In this document: positions 1 to 8,827 of the stretch, in pieces | Layout: every line of letters starts with the position of its first letter | Position numbering within the stretch: the stretch's first letter is position 1 | Assembly (NCBI GenBank): GCA_031367385.1 | Contig: JANLPS010000037.1 | Span: 1-32,179, forward strand | Length of the DNA stretch: 32,179 nt | Direction of reading: 5' to 3' | Origin: Archangium sp. | GTDB lineage: Bacteria > Myxococcota > Myxococcia > Myxococcales > Myxococcaceae | Translations under genes and position numbers: made by a program | The notes under the pieces: model-generated | What the model saw: the letters and a program-made list of their open reading frames with translations, nothing else | What the model was told of the DNA's origin: nothing | Database searches by the model: none

Positions 1-92
1 CTCGGCCCCAAACCGCCGGGGCTTTCCTGTCTGGTCAACCTCGTCACGCTATTTCACGCGGCAGCTCAATTCGGTGAATCGTACCCACCTCG

Positions 93-446
93 TCACGAAA
101 CAGTGTGGTGACCTGCTGATCGAACAGCGCGGTCAACAACAACCGCCATCGGGCGCTCATTTCCGCTCGCCAGCACTGTCACCGTTGCGCCGAGCATCAC
201 GAGCCCCATCGCGAACGACGACGGCAGACGGAGGTTGCGCACGAAGAGCCCGACCCCTCCGAGAAGCTGCGCGGCGCCGACGAAGTACATCATCCACGGT
301 GGGAGCTGCCAGCCGTGGAACTGCTCGACGAGCGCCGGCACCGCCGCGAGCTTGGTGGCGCCGAAGATGACGTGCGCCGCGCCGAGCACGTAAGCGAGAG
401 CCTGAATTCGTCTGTCGGTGGAGCTTGCTGTGAGCGCCGTTGTCAT
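93..446 (-). CDS. DoxX family membrane protein (C-terminus possibly frameshifted)
   Basis: Hydrophobic helices with the DoxX pattern (FGATKL...F..W.LP.W...VG..QLLGGVGL); AGGAGG RBS upstream; lies downstream of the SnoaL gene. Confidence 0.75.
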   Translation of the reverse strand: MTTALTASSTDRRIQALAYVLGAAHVIFGATKLAAVPALVEQFHGWQLPPWMMYFVGAAQLLGGVGLFVRNLRLPSSFAMGLVMLGATVTVLASGNERPMAVVVDRAVRSAGHHTVS

Positions 447-485
447 AGAGACCTCCTGGTTCGCTTCTCAATGTTCTGCGAGCCT

Positions 486-899
486 TCAGCTCTTGAGCTG
501 GCGAAGGGCGCTGGCCCAGTCTTCGACGTGGTGAGCGCGGGAGAGTTTGCCGTTGGCCACCGTGTGAATGTCGATGGTCATGATGGCGAAGCGCTTGCCA
601 CCGTGGGGCACCCCCATGAAGTCGCCCTTGGGAGTACCGCTGACCTCGCTCCGGACGATGATCTTCTCGCCATCGACGAAGATCTCTTTGATTTCCCAGG
701 CGAGGTCGGGGATGGCCTGCCCGAAGCCAATCACCTGGCCGATGAACTCTTCGCGCGACTTGCTCGCGGTCTCACCGGCGTACGACCGCCAGTCGGCGCT
801 CGCGGCACCCTCGACCAGCGTACGGATGTCTTTCGAAGAAGGGCGGTTGAGCGCGTCATAGAAAGGGGCAACGGCGGCGCGGGCGGCTTCGGGGTTCAT
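486..899 (-). CDS. SnoaL-like ester cyclase / NTF2-fold protein
   Basis: Motifs IPDL.W.I.EI..DGEKIIVR...SGTP.G.FMGVP..GKRF....IDIH.V.NGK match the SnoaL family; GGAG RBS. Confidence 0.85.
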   Translation of the reverse strand: MNPEAARAAVAPFYDALNRPSSKDIRTLVEGAASADWRSYAGETASKSREEFIGQVIGFGQAIPDLAWEIKEIFVDGEKIIVRSEVSGTPKGDFMGVPHGGKRFAIMTIDIHTVANGKLSRAHHVEDWASALRQLKS

Positions 900-982
900 A
901 GGGGCTCCAGGGTTCGGTTGAACGACTGTGCCGGTTTTTGCGGCCTAGGGCGTAAAGAACAAGAGCTACAAAACGAAATGAC

Positions 983-1001
983 TGTTCGGTACAGTCGAAC
1001 A
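983..1001. promoter_or_regulatory. LysR-type binding box (T-N11-A inverted repeat) overlapping the lysR -10 and start
   Basis: TGTTCG-N7-CGAACA palindrome with T986-N11-A998, between divergent snoaL and lysR; contains TACAGT 6 nt before the ATG. Confidence 0.6.
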
Positions 1002-1946
1002 ATGATCTCAGCCGCCGAAATGCCGCTGATGGCCGTCTTCGCCGCCGTTGTACGTCGTGGCTCGTTCTCAGGCGCCGCGCGCGAGGTCGGGCTGTCGAAG
1101 AGCGTGATCAGCGAGCGGGTGAAGCTGCTCGAAGAGCGGTGCAGCGCCCGACTGCTCGAGCGAACCACACGCCGGCTGAGGCTGACCGACGCGGGGCAGC
1201 TCGTGCTCGCGGCCATGGCCCGCCTCGAAGACACCGTCGGCGAGCTGAGTCGAACGCTCGATCTGAACCGCGCCGAGCCCAGCGGCGTGCTGCGGGTGGC
1301 GACCACCGCTGATCTCGGGCCCTTGCTGGTCGGCCCGGTGGCGGCGCGGTTCGTGACCCGCTACCCGAAGGTTCGCGTCGAGGTGCTGTCGAACGACCTG
1401 ATGCGCGACATGCTCGAAGCCCGCATCGACATCGCGGTGCGCATCGGCAACCCAAACGACTCATCGCTGGTGATCCGCCGTCTCGCACGACTGCCCGAGC
1501 CGATCGTTGCCGCCCCCTCGCTGGTGCAGACGCTGGGGCCGATTCACCGGCCGCGCGACCTCGCAAGTGCTCCGTGGGTGCGCCACTCCCTCGCGCAGGG
1601 GGCGGGAGCGCTGCGCTTCACCGGCCCAGGTGGCCGGCACGACGAGGTCGTACCGACGGTGCGTGCGCTCGCCGACTCGGGCGCGACGCTGCTGGCGCTG
1701 TTGCTGCATGGCGCGGGCGTCGGCGTACTGCCATTGCACCTCTTACGCGAGCCGCTCGCGAGCGGGCGGTTGGTTCAGCTGTGCCCTGGCTGGGTGTGGA
1801 AGACGGTGACCTTGCACGCGATGTTTCCGTCGCGGCAGCACCAGCGGCCGGTGGTCCAAGAATTCGTCGCGGCGCTGCAGGAACAATTCGCAGAAGACGA
1901 GGCGCGGTGGGGGCTGTTTCCCAGGTCTCGCACCTCGACGCGTTGA
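1002..1946 (+). CDS. LysR family transcriptional regulator (CrgA-like), divergent from snoaL/doxX
   Basis: HTH (F.AVV..GSFS.AAREVGLSKSVISERVKLLE...LLERTTRRLRLTDAG) plus substrate-binding domain. Start set at ATG 1002; the 315-1001 part of the ORF is antisense shadow. Confidence 0.92.
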   Translation: MISAAEMPLMAVFAAVVRRGSFSGAAREVGLSKSVISERVKLLEERCSARLLERTTRRLRLTDAGQLVLAAMARLEDTVGELSRTLDLNRAEPSGVLRVATTADLGPLLVGPVAARFVTRYPKVRVEVLSNDLMRDMLEARIDIAVRIGNPNDSSLVIRRLARLPEPIVAAPSLVQTLGPIHRPRDLASAPWVRHSLAQGAGALRFTGPGGRHDEVVPTVRALADSGATLLALLLHGAGVGVLPLHLLREPLASGRLVQLCPGWVWKTVTLHAMFPSRQHQRPVVQEFVAALQEQFAEDEARWGLFPRSRTSTR

Positions 1947-2001
1947 GCGCCGGCATGGTGGCCAAGAGAAGAATCGGCGCGTCAGCGAACGATGCCGGTC
2001 G

Positions 2002-3948
2002 CTAGGCCGCTGCCTGCAGCTGCCGCGCGATCACGTCGAGGTTCAAGTCGACGTTCGGCATGTCTGCCAGCATGGTCTCTGGGTCGTACTGAAACTCGGC
2101 CTGCGGCACCGTCAGCAGCGCCGAGATCGCAGGCTCGCCCTTCTTGTCGCCGAACTGCGCGAACACCACCCGGCCGCGCTCCAGCTGCAAATGCCCCTCT
2201 TGCGGCCCGTTTCTCACCAGCAAGCGCCCCGACTTCTGCCCGGTGCCGAGAATCTTGATGAGCTCGATCGCCGCCAGCTCGTCGAAATTGCCGCGCACCA
2301 GGCGACCGGGCCCACCGTGCTCGATGCGATCGATGAACGCGCCCCGAATGGTGATCGCCGCGTCGTCTGGGTTGAGCGGCACGGGCACAAAAGCCGTCAC
2401 CCCGGCCTGCACCAGGCGCTCGCGGCTCGTCGGGTCGGTCGGGTTGCCCAACACCAGCACCGGTACCGACGCGCTCTCGGGTCTGGCCCGAATGAACTGC
2501 GTCATCGCCACGATGTCGCTCACCCCGTACCCAAGCCCCACCACCAACGTGTCGGCCTCGTTGCTCAGCGCCGCGTCGACCACTCCGTCGAGCTTCACCA
2601 CGGTCTGCACCACCAGCCCAACCCGGGCCAGCGCATCGAGCAGGTCGGTTCGCACCGCCTCGTCTGGGTCGGCGACGAAGATCTGCCGGCCATCATTCTC
2701 GACCCGCTGCCGCAACAAATCGCCGCTCTGCAACGCGGCCAGGGTGTCGACGATCACCGGGTCGAAGAGCGTGTTGCCTTGCTCAACCAAGAAGGCCAGC
2801 GCCTCCTCTTTGCTCAGAATGCGGCCGAACCCGTTGTTCACGCTCCGGGTCAAATCGAGAAACGCGTCGACCGCCGAAATGATCCTCGCCGGAGCGGGGA
2901 TGTCTTCTCCCTTCGCTCCCTGCGGTACACCCGAGCCGTCATACGCCTCGTAGAGGTGCGCCAGAATCGCGTTCACCGCCGGCGGCAGGTGCACCGATTC
3001 GAACAGCTTGATCGGCGTGCGCACGAACCGCTTCGCCTCGCCTCGGGTATCAGGCTGCATCGCCAGCAGGGGCAGGGTGAAGTGCTTGCCGCTGGGCTTG
3101 CCGAGGTCGTGCAGATACGCCGCGATCGCCGTGTGCGAGACCTCGCGGGGCTGCAACCCCATTCGCCGGGCGATCAGGCTCGCTTGCCGCGCCACCTGGC
3201 TCGAGTGCCCGCGAAAGTCCTTTCGTGACATCTCGAGCATCGAGACCAGAATGTTCAAGGTCTCGAGGTAGTCGCTCTCGGCGACCGAGCCACGCACCGC
3301 ACCGAGCGACTCACGCATCTGCGTCGGGTTGATTCGGCTCGAGCTGCGGCCCGAATTGCTCCCGCTGCCGCTGCTGATGCCAGACCCCGAGCTGGGCAGC
3401 AGCGCCATTCGCGAATCGGCGCCGTCATAGGCCCGCGCCAGCACCGAGGCGTCGCGCTGCAGCGCCTGCACCCCGGCGCCCTGCTCGAGCGCCGAAAAGG
3501 CAGTCGGGTCGCCGTAGTAGTGCTTCTTGATGCCCGCTTGAATCGCGCTGCGCACCCCGACGAACGCGAACACCTCGTTCATCTCGGTCACCAACGCGAT
3601 CTCCCGCGTCAGATCGGTGTTCTGCGGCTCGGCCATCACGATCGACAGAATTTTTCGCTCGACGTCGAGGGCAATCGGCAGAAAATCTTGCGCCTCGGCC
3701 ATGCGCACCGGCACCTTGTCGAGCACGTGCGGCGCAATGGTGGCCTTGGCCAACTTCTCGGCTGAAACGAAGCGGGTGTTGAACTGCTGAGCCAAGAACC
3801 GCAGCAGCGCGTTCTCTTGCACCAACCCCAGCTCGACCAGGCAATCGCCGAGCCGGTGACCGGTGATTTTCTGGTGCGCGAGCGCCTGGTCGATGGCCTC
3901 TGCCGAGACCAGCCCTGCCTCAATGAGTCGCTCGCCGAGACGTTTCAT
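2002..3948 (-). CDS. MshEN/GspE-N + HD-GYP-like + receiver-like + DUF4388 signalling protein
   Basis: Tandem RLGxxLxxxGLV...LxxQ motifs at the N-terminus; HSSQVA..LHDLGK..YDGSGVP..ARII..VDAF; a CheY-like segment; C-terminal DUF4388-like G.F...L...KSGRL...G.L.LE.GRVV.A. Start set at MKRLG (3948). Confidence 0.85.
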   Translation of the reverse strand: MKRLGERLIEAGLVSAEAIDQALAHQKITGHRLGDCLVELGLVQENALLRFLAQQFNTRFVSAEKLAKATIAPHVLDKVPVRMAEAQDFLPIALDVERKILSIVMAEPQNTDLTREIALVTEMNEVFAFVGVRSAIQAGIKKHYYGDPTAFSALEQGAGVQALQRDASVLARAYDGADSRMALLPSSGSGISSGSGSNSGRSSSRINPTQMRESLGAVRGSVAESDYLETLNILVSMLEMSRKDFRGHSSQVARQASLIARRMGLQPREVSHTAIAAYLHDLGKPSGKHFTLPLLAMQPDTRGEAKRFVRTPIKLFESVHLPPAVNAILAHLYEAYDGSGVPQGAKGEDIPAPARIISAVDAFLDLTRSVNNGFGRILSKEEALAFLVEQGNTLFDPVIVDTLAALQSGDLLRQRVENDGRQIFVADPDEAVRTDLLDALARVGLVVQTVVKLDGVVDAALSNEADTLVVGLGYGVSDIVAMTQFIRARPESASVPVLVLGNPTDPTSRERLVQAGVTAFVPVPLNPDDAAITIRGAFIDRIEHGGPGRLVRGNFDELAAIELIKILGTGQKSGRLLVRNGPQEGHLQLERGRVVFAQFGDKKGEPAISALLTVPQAEFQYDPETMLADMPNVDLNLDVIARQLQAAA

Positions 3949-4035
3949 CGAAGCGCCAGACCCTACCAATGATCGTTCAACCCCAACGGAAGAACGGTGT
4001 GCGTGACGAGCCTACCTTTGGGCAATGACGGTCGA

Positions 4036-4785
4036 TTACGACTGCGACGGAGGCTCGCCCACCAGCGCGGTGAGCGGCTTGAACGAGAGCCCCTCTGGCA
4101 AGCCGGGGTCGCGCTTGAGCTCGGGCTTCTCGGCACGCGCCTCGTCGGTCTGCGGCTTGCGCTCGACCCGGGGGCCGCGCTCACGCCGCTCATGCCGGCG
4201 GCTGGGTGAGGCCGGTGAAACCCCCGCGGGAGCCGCTTCTTTGCCCTGCATCGCGGTCAGCAGCACATCGAGCGCCGCCACGACCTTCGGGTCATCGAGC
4301 AACCGCAAGATGCGCTGACGCATCGCCTTGGGCGACGAACCGGCCACAGGCGTGCTCGGGGCCGTTGGGGCCGTCGTACCCGCATCAGCCGCCGTCACTT
4401 CAGGCTTCACCGGCTCCGCAGGCGCCACGTACTCGAACTCGCCCGCGTCGATGGGCTCAGGGTCGAGGCGCTCGAGACGGTCGATCACCATCTGCAGCTT
4501 GCCGTGAAAGGTGCCGATCTTGCCTTGCACCAGCAGGTAATCGCCCACCGCGAACGCGGCCTCGGCCGGCTCGGTGTTCTCGAACACCCGGGCATCGATC
4601 TGCCCCGTCTTGTCGACCAAAGAGATGGCCAGGTAGGGCTTGCCCGACCGGCTCATGTGCTTCTCTTTGCTGATGGCCTTGAAGACGGTGTGCAGCACTG
4701 CGCCGTTCTTCACGTTTTTGACGTAGATCTTCTGAATGCGCTCTTCTGCGGCGCCGGGCTGTTCTGTGGTTTCGGTCTGGTTCAC
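4036..4785 (-). CDS. OB-fold nucleic-acid-binding protein (YhaM/Cbf1 N-terminal-like, no HD domain)
   Basis: SRSGKPYLAISLVDKTGQIDARVF...GDYLLVQGKI..F.GKLQ resembles the YhaM OB fold; followed by a low-complexity charged tail. Confidence 0.75.
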   Translation of the reverse strand: MNQTETTEQPGAAEERIQKIYVKNVKNGAVLHTVFKAISKEKHMSRSGKPYLAISLVDKTGQIDARVFENTEPAEAAFAVGDYLLVQGKIGTFHGKLQMVIDRLERLDPEPIDAGEFEYVAPAEPVKPEVTAADAGTTAPTAPSTPVAGSSPKAMRQRILRLLDDPKVVAALDVLLTAMQGKEAAPAGVSPASPSRRHERRERGPRVERKPQTDEARAEKPELKRDPGLPEGLSFKPLTALVGEPPSQS

Positions 4786-4829
4786 GGTCGTGCGACACTA
4801 CACACAACTCCCGTCCTACGAGAACCACC

Positions 4830-5465
4830 ATGACGAGCTTGCTCCTGATTCCTCTGATGCTCCTGACCGCCGACGAGCCGCGCTGGGAGCTCTCCGCTGA
4901 AGACACGGGCGTGAAGATCTACGGCCGCAAACGCCCCGACAGTGAAATCAGAGAGATGAAGGCGATGGGCCTGGTCGACGCAACGCCCCAAGAGATCTGG
5001 CACGCCGTGCGCGACCTCGAGCACTACACCAAAACCATGCCCTACATGGAGGAGGCCAAAATCCTCTCCCGTGAAAGCGACGACAAGGTGATTCTCTTCT
5101 ACTCGAAGATCAACACGCCCCTGGTCGACCGCCGCGACTACATCATCAAGCTGCTCGACGAGAGCGATTGGAAGGAGGGCAAAGGCTTCTTGAAGGTCTC
5201 GTGGACGGTCGTGAACGACAAAGACGACCTGATGCCAGTGAAGGGCGACGTGGTGCGGGTGCGGGTCAACGACGGCTACTGGCTGCTCGAGCCTCGCGAA
5301 GACGCCAAGAAGACCTTCGTGACCTATTACATCTACACCTCGCCCGGCGGAGCGATACCCAACTTCATCGCCAACAAGGGCAACAGCATCGCCGTGCCCA
5401 AAGTCTTTGACGCGATTCGCACTGCCGTCGCGAACGATCGCAAAGCGGCCGCTGCGAAGAAGTAG
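4830..5465 (+). CDS. START-domain (SRPBCC) lipid-binding protein, probably exported
   Basis: Short hydrophobic N-terminus; W....GVKIY.R......E.KA.G, P.V..RDY, GYWLLEP, PGGAIP..IAN are START motifs. Confidence 0.85.
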   Translation: MTSLLLIPLMLLTADEPRWELSAEDTGVKIYGRKRPDSEIREMKAMGLVDATPQEIWHAVRDLEHYTKTMPYMEEAKILSRESDDKVILFYSKINTPLVDRRDYIIKLLDESDWKEGKGFLKVSWTVVNDKDDLMPVKGDVVRVRVNDGYWLLEPREDAKKTFVTYYIYTSPGGAIPNFIANKGNSIAVPKVFDAIRTAVANDRKAAAAKK

Positions 5466-5468
5466 TTC

Positions 5469-5831
5469 TTACTTGCCGTGAGGCTTGCGGCGCTTTTGTG
5501 CCTTGACCGTCACATTGGTCAGCAAGAACGCATCGGCGAACGAGATCACCATCGCGGGCAGCCACTGGCCCTCTTTGAAGAGCACCAGCGCGATCGTGGC
5601 CAGCGCCACGCCGATCAGCGCCCACAGAAACCACGAGCCATTCCACACGTCGTCGCCATGCCGCCTGGCCTGCGCCAGCAACGGAAACGAGTCGGCCCGG
5701 CGCCACATCGTCTTGCCTTCTTCGAGCACCTCATCTGAGGGCTCGACCAGCCCCATCAGCCACGCTTGCTCGACTTGGCCGAAGCTCGAATACTCGAGCT
5801 GCCCGTCTTTATTTCGAACCGTGTACTTCAT
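5469..5831 (-). CDS. Hypothetical membrane protein (N-terminal GYF-like segment, two TM helices)
   Basis: GLVEPSDEVLEEG...WRRA..FP.L pattern, two hydrophobic helices, basic tail; ATGA overlap with the upstream gene. Confidence 0.65.
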   Translation of the reverse strand: MKYTVRNKDGQLEYSSFGQVEQAWLMGLVEPSDEVLEEGKTMWRRADSFPLLAQARRHGDDVWNGSWFLWALIGVALATIALVLFKEGQWLPAMVISFADAFLLTNVTVKAQKRRKPHGK

Positions 5832-7432
5832 GCGTTGAGCTCGTTGCAGATCTGGTCAGCGATGCGAAGGCCGTCGATGCCCGACGACACGATGCCGCCA
5901 GCGTAGCCACACCCTTCACCTGCCGGGTAGAGGCCTTTCATCGACACCGATTGCAGCGCTTCGTTCCGCGTCACGCGCACCGGGCTGCTGGTACGGGCCT
6001 CGATGCCGATGAGCAAACCATCGTCGCTCAAGAAGCCGCGCATCTTCTTGTCGAACAGCTTGATCGCCTGCTTCAGCGACTGGGTCAGCGCCTCAGGAAA
6101 GAGGGTGTTCAAATCGGCGTGCGCCAACCCCGGCCGGTACGTCGTGCCCTCGGGCTTCTTCTTGAGCCGCCCCGCCAAGTAGTCAGGAATCGTCTGCGCC
6201 GGCGCCCAGAACTTGCCGCCGCCGAGCTCGTAGGCTTTGCGCTCCCAGTGGCGCTGAAACATCAGGCCCGCCAGCGGCCCAGTGAAGCCCTCGCGCGCGA
6301 AGTCATCGACCGAGACCGAGACCACGATGCCCGCGTTGGCGTACTTCGAGTTGCGCCGTGAATTCGACATGCCATTGGTGCACTGAAACCCGTCTTCAGT
6401 CGGAGTCGCCACCACGATGCCGCCCGGGCACATGCAGAACGAGTACACCCCGCGCACGTCGCCGTTGACCGCGAGGTTCTCGGCCAGCTTGTAGTCGGCG
6501 GGCGGCAGCTTGGCGTGCCCCGCGACCTTCTCGCCGTACTGAATCTCGTTGATCATCAGCTGAGGGTGCTCAGCGCGAAAGCCAATCGCGAAGGGCTTGG
6601 CCTCGACGAACACCCGGCCGTCGGCGGCGAAGCGCTCGTAGAGCTCGCGGGCCGAGTTGCCGACCGCCAGAATCACCCGGTCGCTCTCGAGCGTGCGCCC
6701 GTCAGAGAGCCGCACACCGCCCACCGTGCCGTCGCGGTAGACCAGGTCTTCGACGCGGGTCTCGAAGTGCACCTCGACTCCGCCGGCGATGAGGTCTTTG
6801 CGCATCGCTTCGACCGCGAAGGGCAACAGGTCTGAGCCGATGTGCGGCTTGCCTTGCACCAGAATGCGATCGGGCGCTCCGTACTTGGCGAAGGTCTCGA
6901 TCACCTTGCGAACATGCGGGTGGTTGATGCGGGTCGAGAGCTTGCCGTCGGTGTAAGCGCCTGCGCCGCCCTCACCAAAGTTCATGTTGCTCTCGGGCAT
7001 CAGCGTGCCGTCTCGAGACATCAGCGCCACGTCTTTGCGGCGCTGAATCACCTCGCGGCCGCGCTCGACGACGATCGACTTCACCCCTCGCTCGAGCAGC
7101 GCCAGCGCGCAGAACAAACCCGCCGGCCCGGTGCCGACGATGATTGGCCGCTGATCGGGCAAGCGCTTGACCGGCAACGGCTCGGGTACGCGCTCTTCGA
7201 CGAGGCTCACGTCAGGCGGCAGCACCCCCGGCACTTTGCCGGCGGCCAGCTCGACCTCGAGCGTGAAGATGGTGCGGGGGTGGTTGCGCTTGCGGGCGTC
7301 GAGCACCGAACGCACGACCCGAACCGACTGAATGTCGGAGGCCGTGACCCCCAACTTCTTGGCGGCCTTCTCGCCCAGCAGGGTGTCGGGCTCGTCGAGC
7401 CATTGTGCGATGTTGTTGACGCGGTACGGCAC
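5828..7432 (-). CDS. NAD(P)/FAD-dependent oxidoreductase (conserved uncharacterised family)
   Basis: GTGPAG dinucleotide motif, FGEGGAG.Y.DGKL..R, HIGSD, FCMCPGG, TNGMS, GLYPAGEGCGYAGGIVSS. Start uncertain (GTG 7432 or 7450). Confidence 0.9.
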   Translation of the reverse strand: MPYRVNNIAQWLDEPDTLLGEKAAKKLGVTASDIQSVRVVRSVLDARKRNHPRTIFTLEVELAAGKVPGVLPPDVSLVEERVPEPLPVKRLPDQRPIIVGTGPAGLFCALALLERGVKSIVVERGREVIQRRKDVALMSRDGTLMPESNMNFGEGGAGAYTDGKLSTRINHPHVRKVIETFAKYGAPDRILVQGKPHIGSDLLPFAVEAMRKDLIAGGVEVHFETRVEDLVYRDGTVGGVRLSDGRTLESDRVILAVGNSARELYERFAADGRVFVEAKPFAIGFRAEHPQLMINEIQYGEKVAGHAKLPPADYKLAENLAVNGDVRGVYSFCMCPGGIVVATPTEDGFQCTNGMSNSRRNSKYANAGIVVSVSVDDFAREGFTGPLAGLMFQRHWERKAYELGGGKFWAPAQTIPDYLAGRLKKKPEGTTYRPGLAHADLNTLFPEALTQSLKQAIKLFDKKMRGFLSDDGLLIGIEARTSSPVRVTRNEALQSVSMKGLYPAGEGCGYAGGIVSSGIDGLRIADQICNELNA

Positions 7433-7527
7433 GGTGCGGGCCACTACCACACCTTCTGGCCGCTGCTCCTGGCCACCCGGTACTGCGTAGCCGCCGTGGC
7501 ACCCGGCAACCGGCCTCAGCCCGGAGG

Positions 7528-7624
7528 GTGCGAAAGGGGGTTCGCACTGTCACGGGGCTGTCACATCAAACCCACTGAAATTGCTGACAATTCCATGACG
7601 AGGGGAGGTGGCACGAGGGGTGTA
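7528..7624 (+). promoter_or_regulatory. Putative sigma54-like promoter with upstream operator repeats
   Basis: GTGCGAA-N6-TTCGCAC palindrome 7528-7547; CTGTCAC-N4-CTGTCAC direct repeat 7547-7564; TGGCACG-N5-TGTA 7609-7624 (-24 perfect, -12 GT instead of GC). Confidence 0.45.
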
Positions 7625-7670
7625 GTACGGCGCCCAGAGTTCGCACGAAGTCGTGCGCCAAGGGGACCAC

Positions 7671-7859
7671 ATGAGCACCGATAAAAAAGGCACGAAGATT
7701 TTGGCGCGGACGTTCTTTGCCCAACTGCGTGCGGGTGGTTACACTCAGAACCAGATCATCGACATTGCCAGCGAGCTGATTGACCTGGTGACTGTCGACT
7801 TGAAAGCAGATGTGAAGACTGTTGACGGCGCGCAGCAAGACAATCGCGCGCACGCCTAA
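7671..7859 (+). CDS. Small hypothetical protein (62 aa, amphipathic helical)
   Basis: AAGGGGA RBS before ATG 7671; MSTDKKGTKILARTFFAQLRAGGYTQNQIIDIASELIDLVT; has its own terminator. Confidence 0.75.
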   Translation: MSTDKKGTKILARTFFAQLRAGGYTQNQIIDIASELIDLVTVDLKADVKTVDGAQQDNRAHA

Positions 7860-7947
7860 CAGTCGGTGGCCACGAAGGCACCGCTGGAGTTCCGGTCTGG
7901 TACCGGGGTTTCAGGGTCCTTCGAGGTCAAGCGGTAGAACCGCAGTC

Positions 7948-7979
7948 AAGACCCGGCCTGGTGCCGGGTTTCGTTTTTT
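7948..7979 (+). terminator. Rho-independent terminator
   Basis: AAGACCCGGC-CTGGT-GCCGGGTTT followed by CGTTTTTT, between convergent genes. Confidence 0.8.
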
Positions 7980-8639
7980 CTAGGGCTGGTTCGAGCGGCT
8001 GCGTTGGCGAAGGTACGCCGCGTTCGCCATCACCACGAGTAACCCCAACGTCATCGCCCAGAACACGTAGCTCTGTGTCCACTCCAGCGACGCGCCCCAG
8101 ACACCGAGCGCCGCGAGGCCGAAGAGCACGTCGAGCCACGCTGGCTTCTTCGACTCGTGCATCAGGGCGCCGCCCAAGAAGGTCAGGGGTACTCCCACGA
8201 TGACCTGGCGGGTGATCGCCGTGGGGTTTGCGAAGATGGTCTCGGCGTTGTGCACCAGAATCGCGGCGAAGATGACGACCGTGCCGATGGCGAGCACCAA
8301 GACTCCGGCGGCCGCGATGTCTTTGGTGAGCTTGGCTTTCTCGTCGAACTGCTGAATGGCCAGATCGACCAATTGCTCGAGCGCCGAGTTCAACATCTCG
8401 GCGAACAGAATCAGCATCACGCAGAACAGCATGGTGACTTTTTCAGCGAGCCCCAGCGGTATGCCCTGGCCGACCTGCGCCACCAGCAGCGCTGAGATGA
8501 GGTGCATGCGCATGTTGCGCTGATGCATCACGGTGTACAGCAGGCCGCTCCAGGCGTGCGTCATCGAGCGGTAGAAGGTGCCCGCGCTGTTTGGGGCTGT
8601 GTAGGGAGCCGGTTTTTCCAAGCGCTGCAGAGCTACCAC
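7980..8639 (-). CDS. dgkA: Prokaryotic diacylglycerol/undecaprenol kinase family protein with extra C-terminal TM helices
   Basis: S..HAWSGL......QRNMRMH, AEMLNSALEQLVDL, AKLTKDIAAAGVL are DgkA signatures. Confidence 0.85.
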   Translation of the reverse strand: MVALQRLEKPAPYTAPNSAGTFYRSMTHAWSGLLYTVMHQRNMRMHLISALLVAQVGQGIPLGLAEKVTMLFCVMLILFAEMLNSALEQLVDLAIQQFDEKAKLTKDIAAAGVLVLAIGTVVIFAAILVHNAETIFANPTAITRQVIVGVPLTFLGGALMHESKKPAWLDVLFGLAALGVWGASLEWTQSYVFWAMTLGLLVVMANAAYLRQRSRSNQP

Positions 8640-8827
8640 GTCAGGTTCTTCTGTGTCGCATCGTCAATTGCGGCGGGGGTTCACCGAGGTCTCCGCCGAG
8701 CCGTGCCAGTCGCAACCCGAGTCGTGCTCGGTCTTGTTCGCCTGGCCCGTCGTTCAAAGGCGGTTCGCCGTTGACGTGCGTCTCCATACTCCGCGGTCGT
8801 GAAAAACCGCTCCCAGCCTTGAACGCT

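Noticed and set aside
38..97. ACCTCGTCACG direct repeat (two copies)
   Set aside because: Only two short copies at the window edge; not a CRISPR array or a supportable target-site duplication.
315..1001. 229-codon N-terminal extension of the LysR ORF
   Set aside because: Antisense shadow of the snoaL and doxX genes; the LysR HTH begins at ~1002.
8771..8790. TTGACG...CATACT as a sigma70 promoter for the tRNA-like unit
   Set aside because: The spacer is only 8 nt. CATACT may still be a -10, but I cannot support a canonical promoter, and no proper sigma54 GG-N10-GC site was seen.
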